This document shows, piece after piece, positions 1-8,512 of a DNA stretch of 24,547 bases. The notes beneath the pieces are model-generated. The model searched no databases. It had not been told where the DNA came from and saw only the letters and a program-made list of their open reading frames with translations. Position 1 is the first letter of the stretch; each line of letters begins with the position of its first letter. The stretch lies in NCBI GenBank assembly GCA_946183765.1, contig CAMHDC010000001.1:1-24547 (forward strand), in the 5' to 3' direction. Source of the DNA: an uncultured Clostridia bacterium (GTDB lineage: Bacteria; Bacillota; Clostridia; Christensenellales; CAG-138). The position numbers were made by a program, and so were the translations under genes.

Positions 1-129
1 TGAAATCCGTCAAACGCAGCGACATGTGCGGTGCGTTTGACACACCGCAGGCCACGCCGCCCGGTACGCCAACGGCGCATAGGCGGGGCCTGGAAGCGAA
101 GCGAAGGCGGAGCCCACAACAGATACGAT

Positions 130-690
130 TTATCGTATCTGTTGTGCGTACTGGGCTCTCGGGCCCCCCACGTACCGGGGCCGGGAGAAGGCCAGCACCA
201 GGTTCGCTTCGCCGATTTTCCGCAGGGGAGAGTGGACCGGCACCACCACGGGCCGCATATGCATGCCGATCAGGGTGTCGCCGACGTCCATGCCCAGGGT
301 GGCCTTGGATTGCAGCCCCTCCACCATGACGGGGTCCGCACACTGCTCGTAGAAGGCGGTGATGCAGGCGCCGCCGGCGTGGGCGTGGGGGCGCACCCAC
401 ACCTCGACGAGGCCCAGCTTCTCCGCGTCCGCCCGCTCCAGGCACAAAGAGCGGTTGATGTGCTCGCAGCCCTGGACGGCCAGAATGAGCCCCGCCTCCT
501 TCACGGCGGGCAGGACGCCCTTCAAAATGGCGGCGGCGGCGTCCGCACTGGAGTTGGAGCCGATGCGGCTGCCCACGGTCTCGCTGGTGGAGCAGCCCAG
601 GACCATGAGCTGGCCGGGCCGGGGCTTCGCCGCCTGGAGCAGGATATCCATGGCCTCCCGGGCCTGCTGGGTGATCGATTCAAAATCCAT
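130..690 (-). CDS. ywlG: TIGR01440 / UPF0340 (DUF436, YwlG-like) protein
   Basis: 186 aa ORF with family-typical segments 'VLGCSTSE', 'LAVQGCEHINRSL', 'PHAHAGG', 'G(M)DVGDTLIGMH' and 'RPRYVGGPRA'. Confidence 0.88.
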   Translation of the reverse strand: MDFESITQQAREAMDILLQAAKPRPGQLMVLGCSTSETVGSRIGSNSSADAAAAILKGVLPAVKEAGLILAVQGCEHINRSLCLERADAEKLGLVEVWVRPHAHAGGACITAFYEQCADPVMVEGLQSKATLGMDVGDTLIGMHMRPVVVPVHSPLRKIGEANLVLAFSRPRYVGGPRAQYAQQIR

Positions 691-721
691 ATCCGTTACC
701 TTCTTCTTTTATGATGGCTCC

Positions 722-754
722 AGTATAGCACATTCGCCGCGGATATGGTATACT
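722..754. promoter_or_regulatory. Back-to-back extended -10 sigmaA-type promoters for ywlG (-) and mutY (+)
   Basis: Plus strand TG-g-TATACT (TATACT 749-754). Minus strand TG-c-TATACT (plus-strand AGTATA 722-727). Both lie in the 70-bp divergent intergenic gap. Confidence 0.65.
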
Positions 755-760
755 GCTTTC

Positions 761-1759
761 ATGGAATTTACGGACGCTTTGCTCCAATGGTATGACTCCC
801 ACAAGCGCGCCCTGCCCTGGCGGGGGGCGGGGGACGCCTATGCCGTTTTGGTGTCGGAGATCATGCTCCAGCAGACCCGGGCGGCGGCGGTGATCCCCTA
901 TTATGGCCGGTTCATGACGGAATTGCCCACGGTGGAAGCTTTGGCCGCCTGCGACGAGGAACGGCTGCTGAAGCTGTGGGAGGGCCTCGGCTACTATTCC
1001 CGGGCCCGGAACCTGAAGAAGTGCGCTCAGGCGGTGGCGGAAGAATACGGCGGCCGGTTCCCCCGGACCGCCGAACAGCTGCAAAAGCTTCCGGGGATCG
1101 GCCCCTACACCGCCGGCGCCATCGCTTCCATCGCCTTCGGCCGGCCTGAGCCCGCCGTGGACGGGAACGTGCTGCGGGTCATGGCCCGGCTTAGTGAGGA
1201 CGACGGGAACGTGACGGACCAGAGGGTCCGGGACCGGTGGACCGCCTTTCTGCGGGGCAGGATGGGCGATCGGCCCGGGGATCTGAACCAGGCCTTTATG
1301 GATCTGGGGTCCCTCGTTTGCCTGCCCAAAGGCCCCCTGTGCGACAGCTGCCCCCTGGCCTCCTTCTGCGGGGCCCGTGCCCACGGGACCCAGGCTCTGT
1401 ACCCCAACCGGGGCGAGAAGAAGGCGAAGCGGCAGGAGGATCTGACCGTGTTCGCCGTGAGAAGCGGCGACAGCTTCCTGATCCGCCGCCGCCCGAAAAC
1501 GGGCCTCCTTTCGGGGCTGTACGAGCTGCCCAACCGGCAGGGACACCTTTCCCGGACCGAGATCGGCGAGGCGCTGACGGAGCTGGGCGTCCGGCCCCTG
1601 GGAGCCTGGGAGATCGTCCGCCGGCAGCACGTCTTCACTCACGTGATCTGGTCCATGCAGGTGGTGCGGCTGAACGCGGAACTTGTGGAGGTGCCGGGAT
1701 ACGCCTGGTATTCGGGCAGCGAGCCCGTCCCCGAGGCGTTTTTGAAATGTTTGCGATAG
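761..1759 (+). CDS. mutY: A/G-specific adenine glycosylase MutY (332 aa; true start is ATG 761, not 359)
   Basis: 'VSEIMLQQT', 'WEGLGYYSRARNL', HhH 'LPGIGPYTAGAI', 'VDGNVLRV', [4Fe-4S] motif C-x6-C-x2-C-x5-C (CLPKGPLCDSCPLASFC), and a C-terminal NUDIX-like part 'RRPKTGLLSGLYELP'. Confidence 0.95.
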   Translation: MEFTDALLQWYDSHKRALPWRGAGDAYAVLVSEIMLQQTRAAAVIPYYGRFMTELPTVEALAACDEERLLKLWEGLGYYSRARNLKKCAQAVAEEYGGRFPRTAEQLQKLPGIGPYTAGAIASIAFGRPEPAVDGNVLRVMARLSEDDGNVTDQRVRDRWTAFLRGRMGDRPGDLNQAFMDLGSLVCLPKGPLCDSCPLASFCGARAHGTQALYPNRGEKKAKRQEDLTVFAVRSGDSFLIRRRPKTGLLSGLYELPNRQGHLSRTEIGEALTELGVRPLGAWEIVRRQHVFTHVIWSMQVVRLNAELVEVPGYAWYSGSEPVPEAFLKCLR

Positions 1760-1777
1760 ACAGAAAGGAGGACGGCC

Positions 1778-2224
1778 ATGGTTCGATGGGATAAGGTGCT
1801 GCTGCTGTTCTTTGGCCTTTCCCTGGTGGGCTGGGTGTGCTTCGTCTACGGCGTCCTGCGGGAGCGCTGGTTCCGCCGGAAGCTGGAACGGGAGACGGAG
1901 CAGGCGGAGGCCACCGTCCTTCAATACACCGTCAAGACCGTGTCCGAGGGCCGGTATCGGACCCGCAACGGCTATTTCCCCGTCCTCAGCTTCCCCGTCA
2001 ACGGGAGCGAAGCACAGATCCAGGCCAAGGAGGAGCTGAAGCCCGAGGAGCATCCCGAGGGCTCCAAAGTCACCCTGTGGTTCGATCCCTACGATCCCAG
2101 GCATCTGCATATGACGCCGGACGACAACGAGATCGGCAGCGGTGTGAAGCGCCTGAGCCTGTTTTTCATCCTGGGCGCGGCCGTGGTGAGCCTGATCGTC
2201 GGCGTCTTTGCATTTCGGGGATAG
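1778..2224 (+). CDS. Membrane protein, DUF3592-like
   Basis: RBS AGGAGG upstream. Layout is N-terminal TM helix, soluble beta-rich middle ('YFPVLSFPVNG', 'GSKVTLWFDPYDP') and C-terminal TM helix. Confidence 0.7.
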   Translation: MVRWDKVLLLFFGLSLVGWVCFVYGVLRERWFRRKLERETEQAEATVLQYTVKTVSEGRYRTRNGYFPVLSFPVNGSEAQIQAKEELKPEEHPEGSKVTLWFDPYDPRHLHMTPDDNEIGSGVKRLSLFFILGAAVVSLIVGVFAFRG

Positions 2225-2357
2225 ATTGGGAAGGGGCTTTTGCCATCCGCCGCTGACAGCCTGCGCGTATTTTGAATCGAGAAGAGATTTTCCGCACACA
2301 ATAGACACCGACCCACATAGGATGAAAGGAAAGCGTTTCATCGGGAAGGAAAGATCG

Positions 2358-3101
2358 GTGTCATCCTGGATCATTCAGACAATGGAATACGACGTGGACC
2401 TGGAAGCTCTGCTGGAAAGAAGGCTCCGGGAAAGCGGCGCGCCCTACGCCCTGTCGGCGGCGCTGGGCGGCGTAGGCGTGCGCATGGAGGGGCGACAGGG
2501 GCTGAACGCTCTGGCGAAGGCGCTGAGCGCGGTGCTGATCCACGATCTGGCCCCCTTCGAGGTGGCGGCCATGGCGGACGAAACGCCCCTCGGCCTGGAG
2601 GACAGACGGCAGGTCCTGAGCCGGGCGGTGGACGCGGCGCGCAAGCGGGAGGATCTAAGCGAGGTCGCTGCCCGGCTCGGCGAGTACCTCCGGGAGGAGG
2701 GGAAGCTGTGCCTGGAGGGCTTTTTGCGGTTTCGGATGCGCTCGACCCTGCTCTTTTGGCGGCTGTGCGTGGAGGACGCCTTTTCGGGGGTGCTGCTGGA
2801 AAAGGAATACGGCGAAGCGGCGGACGTGCTCCGGCTTCTGCTGAACGCCCGGCCGCCCCGGTGTCCGTCCCTGCGGCTGTGTCTCCACGGGGACGGCCTC
2901 TGCTCCCTGACGGACGGGGAGGAGCTTCGGATGGAGTACGTGGACGAAAGCGGCGAGGGGATCATCAGCCTGCTCATCGGCATGGCCCCGGCCCGTCTCT
3001 TCGTCTACGACCTCTCCGGCGGCGCCCGCAAGGAGCTGGTCCACGCCCTCACCGAGATATTCTCCGGCCGCGTCTGCCTGTATACCGGAGAGTTTCCATA
3101 A
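2358..3101 (+). CDS. ytxC: Putative sporulation protein, YtxC family
   Basis: 'LCLEGFLRFRMR' and 'LLEKEYGE...VLRLLL' resemble YtxC conserved blocks; 'IISLLIGMAPARLFVY' and 'LTEIFSGRV' fit the C-terminus. GTG 2358, preceded by GGAAGGA, was chosen as start; ATG 2382 is an alternative. Confidence 0.7.
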   Translation: MSSWIIQTMEYDVDLEALLERRLRESGAPYALSAALGGVGVRMEGRQGLNALAKALSAVLIHDLAPFEVAAMADETPLGLEDRRQVLSRAVDAARKREDLSEVAARLGEYLREEGKLCLEGFLRFRMRSTLLFWRLCVEDAFSGVLLEKEYGEAADVLRLLLNARPPRCPSLRLCLHGDGLCSLTDGEELRMEYVDESGEGIISLLIGMAPARLFVYDLSGGARKELVHALTEIFSGRVCLYTGEFP

Positions 3102-3128
3102 ATATTGCTTTTCTCCGCGCTTCTGCTG

Positions 3129-3137
3129 TGGTATACT
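3129..3137 (+). promoter_or_regulatory. Extended -10 promoter for dnaX-ebfC-recR
   Basis: TG-g-TATACT (TATACT 3132-3137), then RBS AGGAGG and ATG 3157. No convincing -35 at 17 bp. Confidence 0.6.
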
Positions 3138-3156
3138 GATACGACAGGAGGCGCGT

Positions 3157-4857
3157 ATGGCGTATCAGGCATTGTACAGGACCTACCGGCCCGAGCGGTT
3201 CGGGCAGATGGCGGGTCAAAAGCATATCACCACCATCCTCATGAACCAGGTGCGGGAGGGGCAGCCGTCCCACGCCTATCTGTTCTGCGGCTCCCGGGGC
3301 ACGGGCAAGACCACCACGGCCCGCATCCTGGCCAAGGCTATCAACTGTCTTCACCCCGAGAACGGGGAGCCCTGCCTGGCGTGCGACAGCTGCCGCACGG
3401 CCGCCGGGCAGAACGCGGACATCATCGAGATCGACGCCGCCAGCAACAACAGCGTGGATAACGTCCGCGATCTCATCTCCCAGGCTCAGTTCGCGCCGCT
3501 TCAGTTAAAGTATCGGGTCTTCATCATCGACGAGGTCCACATGCTCTCCGGTTCCGCCTTCAACGCGCTGTTGAAGACGCTGGAGGAGCCGCCGGAGCAC
3601 GTGGTGTTCATATTGGCCACTACGGAGCCCCAAAAGCTCCCGGCCACCATCATCTCCCGCTGCCAGCGGTTCGACTTCCATCGGCTCACCGTGCCGGAGA
3701 TCATCGGCTATATGCAGTATATCCTGAAGGCGGACGGGGCCTCTGTGGAGCCGGATGGCCTCAGGATCATCGCCCGGGCGGCGGACGGCGGCATGCGGGA
3801 CGCCCTGTCGCTTCTCGATCAGTGCCTGTCCTTCTGCGGCGGCAAGGTCACGGCGAAGGACGTGCAGAACGTGCTGGGCATCATGGACGAGAACTTCCTC
3901 TTCGACATGGCGGACACGCTCCTTTCCGGCGACGCCAAGGGGGCGCTGACGGATCTGGATCAGGTGGTGCGCCAGGGTCGGGACATGGCCGTCTTCGCCG
4001 GGGAGCTGGCGGGGCATCTGCGCTCGCTCCTGCTGGCCAAGGCCTGCGGCGACTGCGCGGATCTCCTGGCGGTGACGGCGGACCGCATGGCCCGCTATCA
4101 GAAGCAGGCCCAAAAGCACGCCAACGCCCGCATCCTCTACGCCATGGAAAAGCTCATGGCCGTTCAGAACGATATGCGCTACTTCCCCTCGCCCCGGATG
4201 CTCCTGGAAACGGTGCTGGTGCGGATCGCCCAGCCCGTGGACGACGAGAGCGTGGAGGCCCTCTCCGCCCGCCTCGCTTTGGTGGAGGAGAAGCTGAAAA
4301 ACGGCGTACCCGCGCCGGCCCCTGCCCATGCCTCTGCACCGGCACCGGAGGCAGCGCCGGTCTATGACGAGGACTATATCCCCGAACCGCCTCCGGAGGA
4401 GGGGTATCTGCCCCCGGAAGCGTACGAACCGGAACCGGCCCCTGCGCCGGCGGCGCCTCAGCCCCGGCCCGAACCCAAGCCGCAGCCCAGGATGGAGCCT
4501 CCGGCCCCCAAGGCGGAAGCGCCCCGGCCCAAGCCCGCCCCTCAGCCTGCGGCGGGCGGCGACGCCGACGCCCTGTGGAAACAGGTCCTTGCTCGGGTCC
4601 AGAAGGTGAACGCCTTCGTGCGGCAGCTGGCGGCCTACGGCCAGGCCGCCGAGCTCACCGAGGACCAGCTGACGGTGACCTTCCCGCCGGAGTACGCAGG
4701 GAAGCTGAAGATGCTCAATTCCCGAAGCGTGGCCACCATCCAGGGGGAGCTGGACGCCCTCAAACCCGGGGTGCGGCTGCTCCTGCGGGAGGGGGAGAAC
4801 GACAGCGACGTGGCGGACCTGGTGGGCCTCTTCAAGGACAAACTGACGATCACCTGA
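3157..4857 (+). CDS. dnaX: DNA polymerase III subunit gamma/tau
   Basis: '[10 protein letters not shown]', Walker A 'GSRGTGKTT', Zn motif 'C..PCLACDSC', 'EIDAASNN', Walker B 'IIDEVHML', 'LLKTLEEPP', '[11 protein letters not shown]', '[12 protein letters not shown]'; Pro-rich linker before the C-terminal domain. Confidence 0.98.
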   Translation: MAYQALYRTYRPERFGQMAGQKHITTILMNQVREGQPSHAYLFCGSRGTGKTTTARILAKAINCLHPENGEPCLACDSCRTAAGQNADIIEIDAASNNSVDNVRDLISQAQFAPLQLKYRVFIIDEVHMLSGSAFNALLKTLEEPPEHVVFILATTEPQKLPATIISRCQRFDFHRLTVPEIIGYMQYILKADGASVEPDGLRIIARAADGGMRDALSLLDQCLSFCGGKVTAKDVQNVLGIMDENFLFDMADTLLSGDAKGALTDLDQVVRQGRDMAVFAGELAGHLRSLLLAKACGDCADLLAVTADRMARYQKQAQKHANARILYAMEKLMAVQNDMRYFPSPRMLLETVLVRIAQPVDDESVEALSARLALVEEKLKNGVPAPAPAHASAPAPEAAPVYDEDYIPEPPPEEGYLPPEAYEPEPAPAPAAPQPRPEPKPQPRMEPPAPKAEAPRPKPAPQPAAGGDADALWKQVLARVQKVNAFVRQLAAYGQAAELTEDQLTVTFPPEYAGKLKMLNSRSVATIQGELDALKPGVRLLLREGENDSDVADLVGLFKDKLTIT

Positions 4858-4891
4858 ACATAAACAAATCTTTTTTACGGAGGTATTTCAT

Positions 4892-5230
4892 ATGGCAAAG
4901 CACGGCGGATTCCCCATGGGCGGCATGGGCAACATGCAGCAGCTCATGAAGCAGGCCCAGCGGATGCAGGAGAACATGCAGAAGAAACAGGCGGAGCTCA
5001 ACGCCCAGGAGTTCTCGGCGTCCTCCGGCGGCGGCATGGTGAAGGTCACGGTGAACGGGGCCCGGGAGGTCCTGTCTGTCGAGATCGACCCCCAGTGCGT
5101 GGACCCGGACGACGTGGAGATGCTCCAGGATCTGGTGCTCTCGGCGGTGAACAGCGCCCTCAAGGAGGCGGCGACCACCGTGGAGCAGGAGATGGGCAAG
5201 CTCACCGGCGGCATGAATCTGGGCTTCTAA
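4892..5230 (+). CDS. ebfC: YbaB/EbfC nucleoid-associated protein
   Basis: '[13 protein letters not shown]', '[11 protein letters not shown]', '[17 protein letters not shown]'; canonical position between dnaX and recR. Confidence 0.95.
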   Translation: MAKHGGFPMGGMGNMQQLMKQAQRMQENMQKKQAELNAQEFSASSGGGMVKVTVNGAREVLSVEIDPQCVDPDDVEMLQDLVLSAVNSALKEAATTVEQEMGKLTGGMNLGF

Positions 5231-5233
5231 GCT

Positions 5234-5827
5234 ATGGCCATCGAATCCATCGAACGGCTGACGGTGCAGCTGGGCCGGCTCCCGGGCATCGGGCGCAAGA
5301 CGGCGGCCCGGCTGGCCTATCATATTTTGGGCGTCCCGGAGGAGCAGGCGCAGGAGCTGGCTCAGGCCATCACCGATGCCCGGTCTAAGGTCCACAACTG
5401 TCCGGTCTGCGGCACCTACACCGACGGGGAGCTGTGCGAGATCTGCGCCGATCCCCGGCGGCGGACGGACGTGCTCTGCGTGGTGTCGGACCCCAGGGAC
5501 GTGATCGCCATGGAGAAGACCCGGGAGTTCAACGGCCGCTATCACGTGCTCTTCGGCGCCCTGTCCCCCATGGAGGGCATCGGCCCCAAGGACATCAAGA
5601 TCAACGAGCTGCTGGAGCGCTGCAGGGAGGGCGAGGTGAAGGAGGTCATCTTGGCCACCAATCCGGACGTGGAGGGGGAGGCCACCGCCTCCTACATCGC
5701 CCGCCTGCTGAAACCTTTGGGCGTCACCGCCTCCCGCATCGCCCACGGCATCCCCATCGGCGGGAACCTGGAATACACCGACGAGGTGACCCTGGCCAAG
5801 GCCCTGGAGGGCCGGCGGAATCTGTAA
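5234..5827 (+). CDS. recR: Recombination mediator RecR
   Basis: HhH 'LPGIGRKTAARLAY', C4 Zn finger 'CPVCG...CEIC', Toprim 'EVILATNPDVEGEATA', 'GGNLEYTDEVTL'. Confidence 0.98.
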   Translation: MAIESIERLTVQLGRLPGIGRKTAARLAYHILGVPEEQAQELAQAITDARSKVHNCPVCGTYTDGELCEICADPRRRTDVLCVVSDPRDVIAMEKTREFNGRYHVLFGALSPMEGIGPKDIKINELLERCREGEVKEVILATNPDVEGEATASYIARLLKPLGVTASRIAHGIPIGGNLEYTDEVTLAKALEGRRNL

Positions 5828-5831
5828 AACG

Positions 5832-5863
5832 AAAAGAGCGCATGGAAGCCCATGCGCTTTTTT
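5832..5863 (+). terminator. Intrinsic terminator after recR
   Basis: Stem AGCGCATGG (5837-5845) / CCATGCGCT (5850-5858), 4-nt loop, followed by a T-run. Confidence 0.85.
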
Positions 5864-5964
5864 GCGCCTCAACCACCGCGCGAGTTCACTCCCGCGCCGG
5901 TCGCTGGCGGATCGCGGGCCGGTCTGCTATGATAAGGCCATCGAAAGCAAGGAGGACAACACCT

Positions 5965-6975
5965 ATGGATATGGGAAAAGAGATCCGCCGCCTGCGGCAG
6001 GATCGGGGCCTCACTCAGGAAGCCCTGGCGGCGGCCCTGAACGTGACCGCCCAGACCGTCAGCAAGTGGGAGTGCGGCAACAGCATCCCCGACGTGCAGC
6101 TGCTGCCGGAGATCGCCGTATACTTCGGCGTCACCATCGACCAGCTCTTCGCCATGACCCCCCAGCAGCAGATGGAGCGGATCGAAAACCGCATCTACGC
6201 CCGGGGCCTCTTCGACGAGGCCGAGGAGCGGCAGATCGAGCAGCAGCTGGCCGCCTTCGGGGAGGATCCGGCCCTGAAGGGCCAGGCGGAGCTTCTTTTG
6301 ACCAAGCTTTACAACAACCAGGCCGAACAGTATCGGCTGCTGGCGGTGGAGCACGGCAAGGCGGCCGTGGAGGAGACGAAAGGAGACCGGGACGCCGTCA
6401 GCGAGCTCTGCAACGCCTGGGGCAGCTATATCCCCGACTGGAACGTGCGGAACCACCACGCCCTCATCGCCTGGCTCAGCGACTACTGCGAGAGGAACCC
6501 GAGGAATCGGTGCCCGCTCATGTGGCTCCTGGACAATCTGATCGACGACCGCCGACTCGCCGAGGCCAAGGCCTGGCTCGAAAAGCTGGCGGCCATGGAC
6601 AACACATTCCGCACCCCCATGTACCGGTATCTGATCGCCCTGGCCGAGGGCAAGGGCGAGGCCGACCAGCGACTGAAGGAGCTGGAAGCCCTGGAGGACG
6701 ACTGGTGCCTGGCTCTGACCCTGGGGGACATCTACACCCAGCGGCAGGCGTACGACAAGGCCGTCGAGTGGTACAGGAAAGGCCAGCAGATGCAGCCCGC
6801 CCCCAAGTTCACCGATGCCGCCACCAGCATCGCCCACATCTGTGAGATACGGGGCGACAAGGCGGGCGCCGTCGCCGCCTACCGGGAGGTCCTGCGCATC
6901 CTGCGGGAGGACTGGGGCGTCGTCAGCGGCGAGACCCGGGACGAGATCGAGCGGGCCATCCGAAAGCTGCAATAG
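5965..6975 (+). CDS. XRE-family HTH transcriptional regulator with C-terminal helical/TPR-like region (336 aa)
   Basis: RBS GGAGG 5951-5955 and upstream TG-c-TATGAT (5925-5933). N-terminus 'IRRLRQDRGLTQEALAAALNVTAQTVSKWECGNSIPD' is a classic HTH_3; C-terminal 'LGDIYTQRQAYDKAVEWYRKG' and 'IAHICEIRGDKAGAVAAYREVL' are TPR-like. Confidence 0.85.
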   Translation: MDMGKEIRRLRQDRGLTQEALAAALNVTAQTVSKWECGNSIPDVQLLPEIAVYFGVTIDQLFAMTPQQQMERIENRIYARGLFDEAEERQIEQQLAAFGEDPALKGQAELLLTKLYNNQAEQYRLLAVEHGKAAVEETKGDRDAVSELCNAWGSYIPDWNVRNHHALIAWLSDYCERNPRNRCPLMWLLDNLIDDRRLAEAKAWLEKLAAMDNTFRTPMYRYLIALAEGKGEADQRLKELEALEDDWCLALTLGDIYTQRQAYDKAVEWYRKGQQMQPAPKFTDAATSIAHICEIRGDKAGAVAAYREVLRILREDWGVVSGETRDEIERAIRKLQ

Positions 6976-6993
6976 CGAGACGTCTGAACAGCC

Positions 6994-7021
6994 GCGGAGC
7001 GGGAGGACCGCTCCGCTTTTT
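6994..7021 (+). terminator. Intrinsic terminator after the HTH-TPR gene
   Basis: Stem GCGGAGCGG (6994-7002) / CCGCTCCGC (7008-7016) followed by TTTTT. Confidence 0.85.
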
Positions 7022-7044
7022 GTCGAGAGAATAATATATTATCC

Positions 7045-7073
7045 TTGACGAACGGGGCGCGCCGTGATACAGT
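7045..7073 (+). promoter_or_regulatory. sigmaA promoter of lysA
   Basis: TTGACG (7045-7050), 17 bp, TACAGT (7068-7073), with TG at the extended -10 position and an AT-rich tract upstream. Confidence 0.75.
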
Positions 7074-7109
7074 AAGGGCACTTTTTTACAGTCATGGGAG
7101 AAACAGGCT

Positions 7110-8444
7110 ATGACCGATCGACAGACCGTTTTTTCAAGCCCCGAAGCTGCCCTCTGCGCCAACCTCGATCGCAGGGACGGGCATCTGCGCTTCGCCGGAC
7201 AGGACACCGTAGAGCTGGCGAAGACCTACGGTACCCCCCTCTACCTCATGGATGAGGATCGGATCCGGTATAACTGTCGGCTGTACCGGGAGGCGTTTTC
7301 AAAATGCTTCCCCGAAGGCTCGCAGGTGCTCTACGCCAGCAAGGCGGCCGCCTTCCGGCAGATGTGCCGCATCGTGGGGGACGAGGGGCTGGGGCTGGAC
7401 GTGGTCTCCGCCGGGGAGATCCATACCGCCAGGACGGCGGGCTTTCCCATGGCGCAGGTGTACTATCACGGGAACAACAAGACGGACGAGGACATCGCCT
7501 TCGCCATGGACGCCGGCGTAGGCTGCTTCGTGGCGGACGGGATAGAGGAGCTGCTGGCCCTGGAGGCGGAGGCGGCCCGCCGGGGCGTGCGCCAAAAGGT
7601 GCTGCTGCGGATCACCCCGGGCATCGATCCCCATACCTACGCCGCCGTCAGCACCGGCCAGGTGGACTCCAAGTTCGGCGTTTCCATCGAAACCGGCCAG
7701 GCGGAGCCCTTCGTGCGGCTGGCGCTGGAGCAGCCCCATCTGAACGTGGCCGGGTTCCACTGCCACGTGGGGTCCCAGGTGTTTTGGGAGGACGTGTTCG
7801 AGCGGGCGGTCATGGTGATGATGGCCTTCATCCGCACCGTCCGCGACCGCTGCGGGTATCTGCCGGAGGAGCTGGACCTGGGCGGCGGCTACGGCGTGCG
7901 GTACGTGGAGAGCGACCCTGAGATAGACATCCCCCGGAAGATCGCCGAACTGGCGGAAATGCTCCACGCCATCGCAAAACGGCTGGATCTGCCCGTGCCG
8001 AGGATTTTGATGGAGCCGGGCCGCAGCATCGTGGCGGACGCCGGCATGACCCTCTACACCGTGGGCTCCGTCAAGGAGATCACGGGCTACAAGCGCTACG
8101 TCTCCGTGGACGGCGGCATGTCCGACAACCCCCGCTACGCCCTCTACGGCGCCCGGTACACCTGCTTCAACGCCGGGCGCATGGACGAGCCCCGGGACAA
8201 GGTCTTCGATCTGGTGGGCCGCTGCTGCGAAAGCGGGGACGTGATCCAGCCGAACGTGGCCTTTCCCGCCGCCACCCGGCGCGGGGACGTGATCGCCGTG
8301 TGCACTACGGGCGCCTACAACTTCTCCATGGCCTCCGGCTATAACCGGATGCTGCGCCCGCCGGTGGTCATGCTCAAAGGCGGCGACGCCTATGTGGCGG
8401 TGGCTCGGGAGACGTTGGACGATCTCGTCCGCCTGGATCAGTGA
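7110..8444 (+). CDS. lysA: Diaminopimelate decarboxylase
   Basis: 'YGTPLYLMDE', PLP lysine 'YASKA', 'DSKFG', 'HCHVGSQ', 'LGGG', 'EPGRSIV', 'VDGGMSDNPRYALY', 'GRCCESGD', 'TGAYNFSMAS'. Confidence 0.96.
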   Translation: MTDRQTVFSSPEAALCANLDRRDGHLRFAGQDTVELAKTYGTPLYLMDEDRIRYNCRLYREAFSKCFPEGSQVLYASKAAAFRQMCRIVGDEGLGLDVVSAGEIHTARTAGFPMAQVYYHGNNKTDEDIAFAMDAGVGCFVADGIEELLALEAEAARRGVRQKVLLRITPGIDPHTYAAVSTGQVDSKFGVSIETGQAEPFVRLALEQPHLNVAGFHCHVGSQVFWEDVFERAVMVMMAFIRTVRDRCGYLPEELDLGGGYGVRYVESDPEIDIPRKIAELAEMLHAIAKRLDLPVPRILMEPGRSIVADAGMTLYTVGSVKEITGYKRYVSVDGGMSDNPRYALYGARYTCFNAGRMDEPRDKVFDLVGRCCESGDVIQPNVAFPAATRRGDVIAVCTTGAYNFSMASGYNRMLRPPVVMLKGGDAYVAVARETLDDLVRLDQ

Positions 8445-8458
8445 CCAATACCGTATAT

Positions 8459-8495
8459 AAACACAGCCGGGAAGGTTTTCCTTCCCGGCTGTTTC
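8459..8495. terminator. Bidirectional terminator between convergent lysA and the DUF2975-like gene
   Basis: 13-bp perfect stem ACAGCCGGGAAGG (8463-8475) / CCTTCCCGGCTGT (8480-8492), TTTT loop, A/T-rich flanks on both sides. Confidence 0.85.
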
Positions 8496-8512
8496 GTTGC
8501 GCGTTTTTGGTT

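Noticed and set aside
359-760. N-terminal extensions in the ORF track (mutY from 359; also 5434, 14398, 16545, 14506, 22988, 2208)
   Set aside because: They overlap neighbouring genes, promoters or terminators, lack an RBS and have no homology-like content. Downstream starts have clear RBS or promoter support.
2225-3156. SRP RNA (scr/ffs) upstream of dnaX
   Set aside because: No domain-IV motif (CAGGTCCGGAAGGAAGCAG-like) in either nearby intergenic gap.
4292-4310. Possible programmed -1 frameshift in dnaX (CTG AAA AAC) giving a gamma subunit
   Set aside because: Only five As (G AAA AAC), not an X XXY YYZ heptamer like E. coli A AAA AAG. The -1 frame stays open to 4609 rather than stopping promptly, and I see no obvious stimulatory element.
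6976-7109. Lysine riboswitch (L-box) upstream of lysA
   Set aside because: The promoter places +1 near 7080, leaving about 30 nt of leader, far too short for a ~170-nt L-box; no L-box motifs seen.
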